64,000 bases of DNA from Guillardia theta CCMP2712 (lineage: Eukaryota > Protista > Cryptophyta): positions 295,765 through 359,764 of the forward strand of contig NW_005434664.1 in the NCBI RefSeq assembly GCF_000315625.1. The letters are read 5' to 3'. Positions 1-11,421 of this stretch are shown in pieces; the first letter of the stretch is position 1; each line of letters starts with the position of its first letter. The position numbers and the translations under genes were made by a program. Below the pieces are notes generated by a model. The model was given only the letters and a program-made list of their open reading frames with translations. It was not told the DNA's origin and ran no database searches.

Positions 1-203
1 GAAATTCCATCTGTCATGTGACTTAAATATTTCCCCCCATGCTCCTTCCTTGTGCTCTTCACACTTGGACCAACCGTCCTGTCCTTCTCATCTTTCCTTC
101 CCGCCCTCCGTCCCTGTCGTGTCCACTTTCCCCTTCCTCCCTCTGACCACAAAAGCCGTTGTTGCTCCTGCGCTCAGAGGATCGCAATATCCCCGGCCAA
201 CGA

Positions 204-1799
204 TCAGTCGTCATCAATCGTCTGCACTTTCTCAACGATAATGTCTTCCAGGTCCTGCACAGCCTGCAATCATCGCATGCTAGATTGCGTGACGACGACC
301 TGGAAGGTGAAGAGTCCGTTGGTATTCTTGAAGTAGATCATGTCATTGACTTGCGCATCCGACCATTCTTCTCCCACCTCCTGCTCCCAACATCATCCAT
401 CATCGTCCTTCATCTCCCCTTTTCTCGCCCTTCTCACCTTGACGGCTGACCGCAGGTCGTTCGCTGACAGGTAGCCGTCCCCATCCTGATCCCATCTCTG
501 AAGCACGGATGTCATCCTCTCGCAGCAAGAACGAGTATCTGATAAGTTCCTCGAAGATGCGATGCAGAGTCGCCCGACTGACCTCTACCTGTCACTCTCC
601 TTCATCACCCACCGCGAACACCAACTCCTCCTCAACCTCCTCAACCAGCACCTTCTCTGCTTCCTCCTGCACCCCCCCCCCCCCCCCCTCCCCTCGTCCT
701 CCTCGTCCTCCTCTACCGGTTTCTTGAGCGCAAACCCGAGAAGGCGAGAGAGCATGCAGACAAATTCAGGGAAGTCCAGCACCTGGGGACGAGCGGGCAG
801 GCGTCACCATTGAGATGAAGCTGCGACAAAGGGCCATCACTCCGTTGGGATGGGCCGACTCTTCGTTGATGAACTCCTCCACCTCCTGCACGACCTGTGA
901 CCTCGCTACCAGCCTCCAGCTCCACCGACCTCGAGCGAGAAATGGGCTCCGAACGTCCCGAGGAACTGAGAGCGGGAGGGTGAGGGACTACAGGAGGAGG
1001 CAGGAGGGAGGCGTTTACCTTCTGAATGTCAACAGCGTCAACTCTGCCGTCCCCGTCCCCTGCATTGGAGTAAGAAAAGAGATGCACTTGTGCGTTTGGG
1101 GTAGGTCTCTTCACCATCCAAGAGTGTGAAAGATCTGCGGGAAGATATGATGTCAGTGCGATGAATTCAATTAGGACAGGAAGGAAATACAACGACAGAG
1201 GGTGGAAAGCTGCAATGCATTCAATCAGCATGCTCAGCACACAAGATAGCATTCAGACTGTATATTGCTGCAAACCTCTCCCATCCGATGTTCATCCCAT
1301 CATTTCACCTTCTTATCTCGCATATCACATGTTCATCCCATCATTTCACGTTCCTATCTCGCATATCACATCTTCATGAAATCATTTCACGTTCTTATCT
1401 CATACATCACATGTTCATCCCATCATTTCATGTTGTCTTTGCTCACGTTCTCAGTTGTTTCAGCTGCTCCTCCTCTAGCCGATCCACCATGGCGCCTCTA
1501 ACCTGAACCAAACTAAATTACCCCACCCCCATGTCATCAACCCACCCTCATATTTAGCTATATGTACCCACCCTTATAACACCTTTTGTCCTACCCCTAC
1601 CACAACGAGATGGAGAACCGTTTGCTATCACTTTGTACCTGGTTAAAACTGCTCTACCATCAGGGTCCTTACTTAACGACATAAATCACCAAAGGACTAA
1701 TATAATCAGTTTATTTTCAAAGTTTAACATGATATTTCAACTCACGATAGAGTTGTTGGATTGTTGAAAGTTCCCCCCATTCTGCATTTCAGCGGCCAT
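204..1799 (-). CDS. Calmodulin-like EF-hand protein (multi-exon)
   Basis: Manual splicing gives MAAEMQNGG...MVDRLEEEQLKQLRTSFTLLDGDGDGRVDAVDIQK...VEEFINE...LDFPEFVCMLSR...WDQDGDGYLSANDLRSAVKEVGEEWSDAQVNDMI...DDD*. This is colinear with calmodulin (LTEEQIAE, IDFPEFLTMMAR, LGEKLTDEEVDEMI). EF1 and EF3 loops are canonical; EF2 and EF4 are degenerate. Confidence 0.8.
1288..1430. repeat. 41-bp intronic minisatellite, about 3.5 copies
   Basis: Unit ATGTTCATCCCATCATTTCACSTTCYTATCTCGCATATCAC starts at 1288, 1329, 1370 and 1411. Confidence 0.9.
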
Positions 1800-2178
1800 G
1801 GCGACCGCACGAGGGAGACGTAACGAGCAGGAGCATGATGAGAAGGAGGAGGAGAAGGAGGAGGAGGACGATGAGGAGGAGTGATAGGATGATAACAATG
1901 GGGATGACAATGGAGAGGTGGGGATGAAGGGGAGTACGATAGTGTCATTGCATCGAGATGAGGAGAGCAACATGTTGAGCGGTGTGTGCAGAACAAGGCA
2001 TGAAAGCAAATCTCAAGAAAGTTTTGGGGGAGATGGGCAGAGACATAGACAGAGAAAAGCGAAGAGAAAGAGGGAGAACGCAAGGAGATAAGCAGAAGAA
2101 AAAGACGATGAATATTTGATCACAAGGTGGTTTGAGATGCTTACACTGATCTGCATCGCAGGATTTCTGTGAGCGAAG

Positions 2179-3514
2179 ATGTTCAATGTCCGGCAGCTGA
2201 GGTTCTTTGCGTTGGCGCTGCTGCTCCAATGGACAAGACGGGCGCACTCGTTCTCGTCTCCTGCTCTCTTCTCATTTACACGACCCTCTCATCCCAAAAC
2301 TTGCAGGGCGACGGGTATCACGCTGGCACGATGCACCTTGCCTCCTCCTCCCCCGCCCCCTCCTCCTCGCAAACAGGAGAGAGAGACGCGCGGTTTTCCT
2401 TCTGTGAGGAAACCGAAGATTGAGGAACCCCAGGCAGGAGCATGGCGAGATGATCTGGACCTCGGATTGAAGAGGCTGAGAACGACGCGAGGAGGGGGGA
2501 ACGAGATGGGCAAGAGACAGGCAGCATCGTTGGAGAAGGCTAAGAAGAACAACCGCGCTCCTCCTCCCATGCTCACAAGGGCAGAATGGATCGCCGCCTT
2601 CGAGATCCATGGAGCGAAGGACGCGAGGGAGCTAGGAGAGCAGTTCATCATGGCGAAGCAGGGAGAGTTTGTAGATTTGGAGCTGCGCTGGAGAACCCGA
2701 GGCGCCAGCAATGCTGAGGTTAAGAAACGGCTAGGACAGGCAAACAAGGTGAAGAGGAGGAGGAGGAGGAGGAGGAACAGCAGCAGATAGGGTAGCTGGA
2801 GTGGCAGATGATAAGGGGTCTAGAGGGGAGGAAAGGGGAATTTGGAAGGGCTGCAGCTGGGGTATCTGCAGCAGCTGAACTGACACGGAATGCAAGGTTC
2901 GCAAAGATGCAGAATATCAGGAGAAGCTGGCTGCCAACCCTGCCACGCATTCCTCCTCATGGGCAAGCGGGAAGAAGATTCCGAAGCCTCCCGCAGGGCT
3001 CATGTTCAGGTGAGGGGGAGGAAGTGGTCAAGGAGTTGGTAGCACTGTGGGAATGAGGCGAGGTGAAAAAATGGAACGAGGATGATGGTGGAATGATTTA
3101 GCGGGGTTGGTGGTGCTGTGGGCAGGGAAAGAAGGTGGATGACGATGCGGACAGATATTTAGAGCGAGCCAAGGAGGATGGGCAAGTCCTTCCGATGTCT
3201 CAACCCCTCCGAACAGGGGTAACCCTCTCTCTCTCTCTTTGCGTCCCTATCTAGTTCGTCCTTTTCTCCTGTCCTCTTCGCCCCCCCCCCCCCTCTCAGT
3301 CTCTTCTCCCCTCTCCTCGCTGTCTCTCCTCGCGTTTTTGACAGGTGCGAGTCAGGTCCGCGAGGAATTCTTCGATCCGGACAGGGTGGAGAGGAAGCTT
3401 ATCAGCGCCTCCAAGGTGACTCGCGTGCCCGCGAAGGGCCTGCGCTGACAGGATGAGCAGGGTGGGAGCAACAACCAGAGGCTGCTGGGTGCCGCCAAGA
3501 AGAAGTCCAAGTAG
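2179..3514 (+). CDS. Hypothetical protein with bipartite (signal peptide + Phe-initiated transit) plastid leader
   Basis: MFNVRQLRFFALALLLQWTRRAHS|FSSPALFSF... is a hydrophobic signal followed by Phe and a Ser/Arg/Pro-rich segment. Downstream exons VREEFFDPDRVERKLISASK and DEQGG...KKKSK* join through GT-AG introns. Confidence 0.6.
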
Positions 3515-3676
3515 AACTTGTCATCATCACTCTTGTAAGATAAGAAAGAACCATGCCGAGTCAGGACGTCGCATCTCCTGCTCCTCGCTGAAAAACGTGT
3601 AACAGCCCAGCCCAGCTGAGATGGGAACATGTCCCTTTGATCACAGCTCGGCTATCGTCCACCTCCTAGGACGACC

Positions 3677-4090
3677 TCACGCGTTGAGTCTTGATCCCTC
3701 TGTCGATGAGAATCTCTTGCGCCTGGTAACATTGAGCAGCGAGCTCCCCTGCATTCCGGCACTGTCCCTCAGTGTGCTCGTGGTGTTGAGGGAGGCGGAT
3801 CCTTCCACCCCTGTGCTCAGAGATCCTTTCGTCCTGTTCCTGAAGTGTGCTGTTAGGACACATTGTCGAGAGGAAACCGAGGCAAAACAAAATTCTACCT
3901 TAAACGAAGCATACGAGAAGAGGTGGAGGAGGAAAGGGAGTCAGCATTCAGCCTCCTTGAACCGTCCTCTGACGATGTCGTGCCGTCTTCCCTTGACTTC
4001 CTGCTGTAACCAGACCGGCTGCGGAAGCCTCTGCCACTGCTGCCACTGCTACTGCTCTCACTGTTGCTGCTGCTGCCACTGGCACCGTTG

Positions 4091-4131
<41 letters not shown>

Positions 4132-5978
4132 ACCTCCCAAGAAGCTGGAGAACAATCCTCCAAGAAAGTTGCCAGCCGAGGAGGAGGAGGAGGATTTCTT
4201 TCCTCCCTCGTCAGTCCGAGTGGAGTTCTTGTCTTGCATGTTAACGGGGAAGTTACGGAAGAGCTTTGAGCGGTAAGAACCAAGCATGCCTCCTGCTTCT
4301 GTGCTCGTGGTCGTCTGGGTGGAGTTGCTCGTAAACCTCTTGCGCGTGCTGCTTTGGAAAATTTCACGGAATAGATCTTTCTGCTGCTTGGCCTCTTCCT
4401 GCGAGAAATCTTAGTGAAATAGTCTCACCAAAGATGGCAGAGACGACGGACAAGAGGGAAAGATGACGGATAAATTACCTTGGTGATCTTGCCAGACTCA
4501 TCCTTATCAAAGATCTTGAATCTCTTAAGGAACCACTTCTTGGGATCAGCAGAAGCTTGCGCTCGGAGGGCAAGAGATGGTCGAATGTGTTTGGTGAACT
4601 CATCAATGTCGATTGAACCATCCTTGTCATCATCAACCTGTATCCATGTCAGCATAGACAGCAAGCCAAGCCGACACAGCGTGCCCACCATAGCAAAGAT
4701 CACGCTTGTGCTCTTCCTCGGGACAAGGGTAGACGTCGTGGTGGCATCCTGCCCAGAGCTAGTGGTCGAAGGAGTTTCGGACTGCATTCCTCCGTCACAA
4801 AAACTCTCATGACTTTCTTCGCATGTCTCACAGTCCCAGTCGATCTTGCCTCAGAGAATCCTTCACGTGCAGCAACTTTCTCGATGTCGGATGGGCTGAC
4901 CCCAGCTGCAAGAAGTTTCCCCTCCAGCCGTCTCAACCTGATTCGCCTGTCATCGGAACCGAAGGAAACAGATTGTGATTTACATCTCGTCGCTAGCTCT
5001 TTTCTGCTTCGTCAACTCTGTGTTTGGCACGAAGTCAGGAGCCTTTTCGATCATTTCTGGGAGATGAACCTTGAATCACAGCAGATTTCTGCTTCAAGTC
5101 CTTATTCAGATCCTTGATAAGGCCCTCAATCTCCTCCTGAGAATTACAAGCAAGCAGTCAATGGCTCCACGTGAACGTTGACAAGAACCTGGCGAGGCTT
5201 GTTTGAATCTTGAGCCTTGAGGTTGGAGAGCTCCTTCTTGAGAGAAATGTATTTCTAGAATTGAAGAGTCAAGTCAAAATCTAGAAGAAGACGAAGAAGA
5301 CGAAGAACAGAAAGTATCCGATACAAGTTTGGAACGGTTGACTCACATCTTTCTCCTGCCTGAAGGTTGAGACAGAGACTTGCTTCTGCTTTTCGATTTC
5401 AGCAAGGGCAGCCTTGGTCTCTGAGAGCTTGCTAGTGATCTACAGAGCGAATCAACATGATATGAGATACTAGCATGAATATTGACAATCACCTTTGAAA
5501 CTTGTGTCTGAAGCTCTGAACTTTTCTGCTTCTCGTCTTGCAACTCCAACCTCGTCTTCTTCAATGCCTCACTCTTTCTCAGCTTCTCGTCATCAACATC
5601 GGTCGCCCACTTGTCGCATCGAGCACGATTCTTCCTGGCCTTGATGAGGTTGGCATTGCAAACCATCAACTCTTCCTTGCGCAGTTTCAACTCTGAGATG
5701 GCCTGCTTCAGCCGAGCGTTCTCCGTCGCAACCTTCCCAAGGGTGGTTTTGAGGAGGCTAATCTGCTGTTGCAACGCCAAGCCCTTGCCGATCTCGTCTA
5801 TCCCCTCTGCAAGGCCAAAAAGTTCAGCTGAGGAAAGGAGACTAGCTATGGACTTACTGGCTATATCCTGCGAGGAAGCTGCGCTCGATCGCGATCGATC
5901 CATCCTCTGGTAGAAGAACGCTACAGCTGCAAGGAGTGCAACCATGGCGATAACGAGCGAAACCTTTGCAGCCGACAT
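3677..5978 (-). CDS. Signal-anchored coiled-coil / EF-hand-pair protein with Ser-rich tail
   Basis: N-terminal TM VSLVIAMVALLAAVAFFY, then a coiled coil, EF loops DDDKDGSIDIDEF and DKDESGKITK|EE, poly-Ser and several NxS/T sequons. The last-exon frame is uncertain. Confidence 0.7.
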
Positions 5979-8363
5979 ACTTGCTATCGAGTCGAATTAT
6001 CCACTAACGAGCTTTACTTCACCTACACGGAAGTTAGCAGTATGCCAGAATGCACAGAGCATAACAAAGACATTAATATCGATATGATACAAACAGGTAC
6101 AACATCAGGATTCACCTGCAAGATTGTATTCCCTCCAATTTAATGCATAGAAGGTTCGCCACAAGCCGAAAACGAATCCTGACACCGCAAGGGTTAAAAT
6201 TCACCTTGAAGTGTGTCGACAAGGAGATCAAGCAATCGTCTCTTCTCGTTCCTGGTGATACCTATCGATATTACAAGGCTTCGCCTCAGCCTGATCCTTT
6301 CTTTTCCTCGCTTGTGAACCAAATCTTACTCCGCTCTTATCATGGCTGAAACTGACCGACAGGCCAACCTCCAATCCTTATCGTCTATACACGTCTTTCT
6401 CCCTTCTTCTACAGGAATGCTTTTATCTGCTGCAAGTTAGACATCCACCATTCAATGCCTGCATCCCTGAAATGTCTCTTTCTCCTCCTCTGCTCCGGCC
6501 AACCCCGAAATCAGTTACTGAGCCCTCGATTCCTCCTGCCTGAAGGTAACTTCCACTATCATGTCTTCCTTCTCCCTTCACATCTTTAGTCTGATCATTT
6601 CCACAATTCTACGCCTCCCCATCACCTCGCCCTGTCCTACGTTCCCTCCATTCCCTGGTCCCCCTGCCTGCTATCCGCCATGAACGGTGCGCGGCTACGT
6701 GGCTCGAGTAGAACAAGGGCAAAGACTGGAGGTGGGGGTACATATGCAGGGGTGGGTTCTTGATACGTTGGATAAGTCATGGTGGGGTCGTGATATTTGT
6801 CAATTTTTCTCCATGGGGTCATCAAATCATCCATGATCACGGGTTATTTTTCCAAGATATTCAAGGGTAGAGGAACAGGTACTGGCAAAAAGGTATGGTG
6901 GGGTAGTAGACTAGTCCTTGACATTGTGAGGGGTTGTAATTTTCATGGGTAGGGGTCATACAGACCACCAGTGGCAGGGCTTCCTATGGAGGGTTTCAGG
7001 TGGGCGAGGTTCTCTACGTCTGCGGGTGGGGGTAGTCGTTTATGAGTTGATGGGTGGAATGAAGGACATGGGGTACCTACCCCACCCCATGAAATATAAG
7101 AAAACTTCTGTCTGAGAGGGGTACTTGATTCACTACCCACCCATGTCATTGGTGAATCTATTAACTTTTCACCCCTACTTATTTGCTTGCACCCGTCAGT
7201 GGAGCCGAAAAGTACCCACCCTTGAAACAGAGATACCACCCCTACAAAAATTATCACCCACCTGATCCTGATGATTAGTAGGGTAAGGCCGGCGGCGTGG
7301 GCCCGGCTGCACTGAAGTCCCGGCGACCGTACGATCGGCCCGCCCGGCGCCGGGCTCGGCGCCCCGGGCCCCGGGCGCGGCCGCCGCGGCCCGGCCGGCC
7401 CCCGGGCCCCGGATCATTGCATGATCATCGGATCGGACACTGTCAGTGACGCCGGCCGGGCCGTGTCGGGCCATCGTAGTTAACTCAGACGGTCACTGGC
7501 CGACGGTTACCGGGCCGGGCGCGGCCGCGGGCCAGGCGGCCGGGCCGCCGGTGAGGTAAATGAGGCTAGCCTCAGGCTCCGAGTGCCTTAGTCACGGTCT
7601 TGCCGAGTCCGATCAGTCGGACCGGTGACCGTGTCAACGGTGATGAGTCGCAGTTGAACTTGAACGGTCAAGTTCACGGTTGGCCCGGTTCGGAAGTTCT
7701 GAGTCGGACACTCGCCCCGGATGCCAGCCTGAGAGTACCGGGTCGGACCGTGACTGGCACTCAGCGCCTTTGGAGGCTGAGGCTTGCCGCTGGGCCTGTC
7801 ACCGTGTGTCAGCCTGTGGCGGCGCAACTTGCCAGGATCATCGGATGCGGCAGGAAAGGACACTGTGACAGGGAGGCCTGACAGTGAACTTCGGAAGCTG
7901 ACGAAGATCCTGGACCGTCCCGGATGCAAAATCAGTTTACAAGTCGGACGGTAGGAACACCTGCCACATCTTGCGAGGCCAAGAGACCATCCGGGGCCAG
8001 CGCTACGGTTGAAACGGAGCTGGGGTTGGAGAATCAACCGTCTGGGGATTCGCAGATATTCCGAGTCTCGGAGTCTATCCTGCTGCAAACTTCCAAGCAG
8101 CTGTTGCAGGCAGCACATGTTCACACCCACCAATACTTTTTGCGTGGAATCCTATCGCAATGCAATTGGAAATTGCTCCAACTGGGCTAAATCAGCGTTG
8201 AGATCATCCAGCGAGAGAAATCTTGCGGGGCAAAGAGACCATCTACTCGCCTCTTTGAAGTTGAAGCCTCGGAATGATTGCTCTTCTGGTAACTCACTCC
8301 GGTAAAACACTTTACTAAATTACAAGCGGAATCATCAGGTAAATCGTTTTTTACCTGTCAACA

Positions 8364-8675
8364 TCATGATATACTGTCTACAAACAATCTTTCGTTGTCC
8401 TCCCCTACAATGTTCCCTCCTCGCGTCATCGACGGTCCCCACGGGCTCCTCTCCTTCATCCTCAGCCTGCTGTACCCGCCGTCCTCGGCGAAGTCTCCTC
8501 GGCGATCGATGGAAGGGCGCATGCAGCAGGGGACTGGAGACGGGGCACGAGAAGGCGCACAGGGCGAAGCCTTGAGGGAGCTTGAGTCGTCGACAATAAT
8601 TCTTGCATCGTGATGATGCCACGAAGTTGGATTCTGGCGGCAAGAAAAAGAAGGTAACATGATCGCGCTGCACAT
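8364..8675 (-). CDS. Microprotein of SIDxxG-repeat family, copy A (103 aa, Met-Cys start)
   Basis: Intronless ORF MCSAIM...RPSIDRRGDFAEDGGYSRLRMKERSPWGPSMTRGGNI; aligns without gaps to paralogs in the same 4 kb. Confidence 0.6.
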   Translation of the reverse strand: MCSAIMLPSFSCRQNPTSWHHHDARIIVDDSSSLKASPCAPSRAPSPVPCCMRPSIDRRGDFAEDGGYSRLRMKERSPWGPSMTRGGNIVGEDNERLFVDSIS

Positions 8676-9309
8676 TTTCTAGAGGGAGATGGATACTCGA
8701 TGAATGGTGAGAAAGTACGGCAGATAGCAGGGCGAACAGGCAGACTGGGGGGATGGAGCGTGCACGTTGGCTGCAGGGAGGAGGCAGGGCTTACTAAAGA
8801 CTGAAAAGGGCGCCCCCAGTCAGCAGGGATTCGGAGACGATCTCCGGAGAATATGGGACGAATTGTTTGCCTTGCTTACAGGCCAAGAGGGCTGACTGGT
8901 CAGCATATTTGCAAAACTTCTTCTTTCAATGACGCAGTTTTTGTGTCACGTTACCACCTGAGGCCGGTGCCATTGCAAATTCTTGAAAACCCTCTTTTTC
9001 ATCGTACATCCCGCTAAACCTCGTCCCATACTGTATCCAGTTATTCAGATCACGTTACTTGTCAAAGGATACGCACCGCTTCTAAAGATCGATGACATTG
9101 TATCATTCCTTGAGTAATAACGCCCTACAACGAACTTGTGCATCACGATCCCCTGTACTTTTTCAAGTGAGAATTTCAAAAAAGAGACCCAACTATCCTC
9201 AAAGAATGCATTTTTGCTGGATTTGAAGATGTCGTATGCAATGGTTTAGACATGAAATGTAGATCCACATTGGTCATCATGTTGCTCTCCCGACACAACT
9301 GCAGATTTT

Positions 9310-9510
9310 TTGTCGGTGCTTCCCCATCACAACACCCGGCCCACACGCCCTGCAAACATCCCCTCATGTGCAAGGCCCTCGATCCATCTGCAAGGACGGA
9401 TACTACAAGGCGGGGGATGCCCATGGCTGGTGCTGTCTAAGCAGAGCCTGAGCAGCTTGAGAAGCTGCAAGGGAGGGCGATGGATAGGAGGAGGATATAA
9501 CAAGGACTAA
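9310..9510 (+). pseudogene. Degenerate copy B of SIDxxG-repeat microprotein
   Basis: Near-identical inverted DNA match to 12225-12378. It has no in-frame ATG, D>H and GGY>GGC changes, and a 24-nt deletion removing the second SIDxxG motif. Confidence 0.55.
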
Positions 9511-9600
9511 AGAAAAGAATGAATAAAGAAGTTTGACGAGCGATGGATAGGAGGAGGATATAACAAGGACTAAAGAAAAGAATGAATAAAGAAGTTTGAC
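9477..9600. repeat. 63-bp tandem duplication
   Basis: GCGATGGATAGGAGGAGGATATAACAAGGACTAAAGAAAAGAATGAATAAAGAAGTTTGAC occurs at 9477 and 9540. Confidence 0.9.
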
Positions 9601-9999
9601 CGAGCTGTGCGTAGCTTTGAAGCTTTCAGCAGTAGGAGAAGAGATTTTTGATTGGCCAGGGGCCAGTGGCGGGGTGGATGCATTGGACAGAACGCGGCTG
9701 GAATGCTGACGAAGCAGCACTGTCTGTCAGGTATGAAAGACTTGTAGACGACTAGGCCAGGTACATTCTTCGTTTCTCCTTCTCAAATTCACATGGTTTG
9801 TGTTGGATACTGGTTGTAACAGAAAACAGCATTCAATACGGTATCAATCAATGACAATGACAAGACTGACGTAAATACTTTGAAGTACATGGATGAGTAG
9901 CAAAAATGCTATAACACGTAGGATACATGCAAGATATATTCGACTGCAGGATATGATACAATTTATATACAATCGTTACACTACACCTAGTTTTGCACC

Positions 10000-10290
10000 T
10001 TACAGCCATCTTTTGTTGTCCTCCCCTACAATGTTCCCTCCTCGCGTCATCGACGGTCCCCACGGGCTCCTCTCCTTCATCATCAGCCTGCTGTACCCGC
10101 CGTCCTCGGCGAAGTCTCCTCGGCGATCGATGGAAGGGCGCATGCAGCAGGGGACTGGAGACGGGGCACGAGAAGGCGCACGGGGCGAAGCCTTGAGGGA
10201 GCTTGAGTCGTCGACGATAATCTCTGACTGAGAGCACTGTCCAGTGGATGGAGAGGAGGGACGAGTGATGATGTAAGCAGGGATGCACAT
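10000..10290 (-). CDS. Microprotein of SIDxxG-repeat family, copy A' (96 aa, Met-Cys start)
   Basis: MCIPAY...RPSIDRRGDFAEDGGYSRLMMKERSPWGPSMTRGGNI. About 210 bp are near-identical to copy A, and a TATA-like TATATAG lies about 65 bp upstream. Confidence 0.6.
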   Translation of the reverse strand: MCIPAYIITRPSSPSTGQCSQSEIIVDDSSSLKASPRAPSRAPSPVPCCMRPSIDRRGDFAEDGGYSRLMMKERSPWGPSMTRGGNIVGEDNKRWL

Positions 10291-10349
10291 TGTTTCCAGA
10301 GAGTGGGGAGCAGCGGCAGGCGAATAGGATGGAGAGAATTCTTCGAATG

Positions 10350-10670
10350 CCTCTATATAGGGTGGAGGGGAGTCTTTATTAAGGGAAGAACGTCAGCAGG
10401 TGTCACAGGTGTCTTCACGTTATACGAAATACCGTGATATCAAGAATTTCTTCTCATAGTTACTCACGGGTGCCACTGGCTGACGTCAGCATTTCCTTTA
10501 AACTGCCTCCTTCCGAAGATCGGTCTTAGCGTTAAGACCGTTAAACATCGAGTACGCCCACCCCCCACCCCTCAAAAGGAAGGAATTTGACCCCGTGATA
10601 CTTCGGCCGGAAGAGCGTACCGAGACTGCACGGAACAGCACGGCTCAGCACGGCTAAATTTTACAGTGAT
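10350..10670. promoter_or_regulatory. Probable bidirectional promoter between microprotein copies A' and C
   Basis: CTATATAG (10353-10360), a perfect CRE-type palindrome TGACGTCA (10481-10488), an imperfect palindrome GGTCTTAGCGTTAAGACC (about 10522-10539) and GCACGG x3 at 10-bp spacing (10628-10653). Confidence 0.35.
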
Positions 10671-10905
10671 GCCATGGTCCGCGTGACGCATGTAGTAAAA
10701 CATCATGTGTCCATGTGACTTGTCGACGCACCCAAAGACGATCCTACCTCGTGCCTCCCAGGAGTCTTATCGCCCCTCCTTGCTCTTCTTTACCCGCCGC
10801 CCCCTTCCCTCCCTGCAAGCTGACAGACGTCTCGCCTCCTGCTCCTCCCTTTGCTTCTTCGAGCACTCTAAGCTTTCTGGGTCCTTCGAGCTTTAAGCAA
10901 GTCTC

Positions 10906-11421
10906 ATGGCTATAGAAGCCGAGGAGGTGTCACATAGGCGCTGTATGATGGCACGCGGAGCTCAAGCCTTTCGTTCTCTGCGCATCCATCAAGACAAGAA
11001 ATGTAAGGGCTTGACACGGGACAGAGCATTCTCCGCCACATTCACATGCATCAGTATGACTGACAGAGATATGAGTAGAAATCTTTTGTTGCCGTTTCAA
11101 GCCCGGTCATCGTGGCCGGCTGCAAGCCACTACCCACATATGCGATCCATCGATACAAAAGGAAACTTTGTGGCAGGAGGAGGATACAGCAAATTTGGGA
11201 GGACAGCACAGGTACCACTCGGCCTATCGATAGGACGAGAAGGAAACTTCATAGCAGCCCCCAAGGTTCCATCACGAACGAGGAGGAGAAGCTGGGGCAG
11301 CGACTTGCGCGAGATGCAAGATGTTTTCAAAGACATCAGAATTGTGCGCGGCAACATGTGCGGAGACGGGAGGTTTGTTTCGGAGTGGAGTGCCTTGTCA
11401 GGGGTGTACTTCCTAGAATAG
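10906..11421 (+). CDS. Microprotein of SIDxxG-repeat family, divergent copy C
   Basis: RSIDTKGNFVAGGGYSKFGRTAQVPLGLSIGREGNF aligns gaplessly to copies A and B' with synonymous codon differences. The start codon is uncertain. Confidence 0.55.
   Translation: MAIEAEEVSHRRCMMARGAQAFRSLRIHQDKKCKGLTRDRAFSATFTCISMTDRDMSRNLLLPFQARSSWPAASHYPHMRSIDTKGNFVAGGGYSKFGRTAQVPLGLSIGREGNFIAAPKVPSRTRRRSWGSDLREMQDVFKDIRIVRGNMCGDGRFVSEWSALSGVYFLE

Noticed and set aside
6240-6681. Possible small spliced gene or upstream exons (MADSRQGDQGMEG...) on the minus strand
   Set aside because: An in-frame TAA just upstream of ATG 5978 blocks fusion to the EF-hand gene, and no recognisable product could be assembled.
7588-8305. 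ORFs in and beside the GC-rich block
   Set aside because: No motif, codon bias or splice logic supports them; long ORFs are expected in GC-rich DNA.
10657-10670. 14-mer AATTTTACAGTGAT shared with 52333-52346, both upstream of + strand ORFs
   Set aside because: Several 14-mer matches are expected by chance in 64 kb, and there is no extended similarity.
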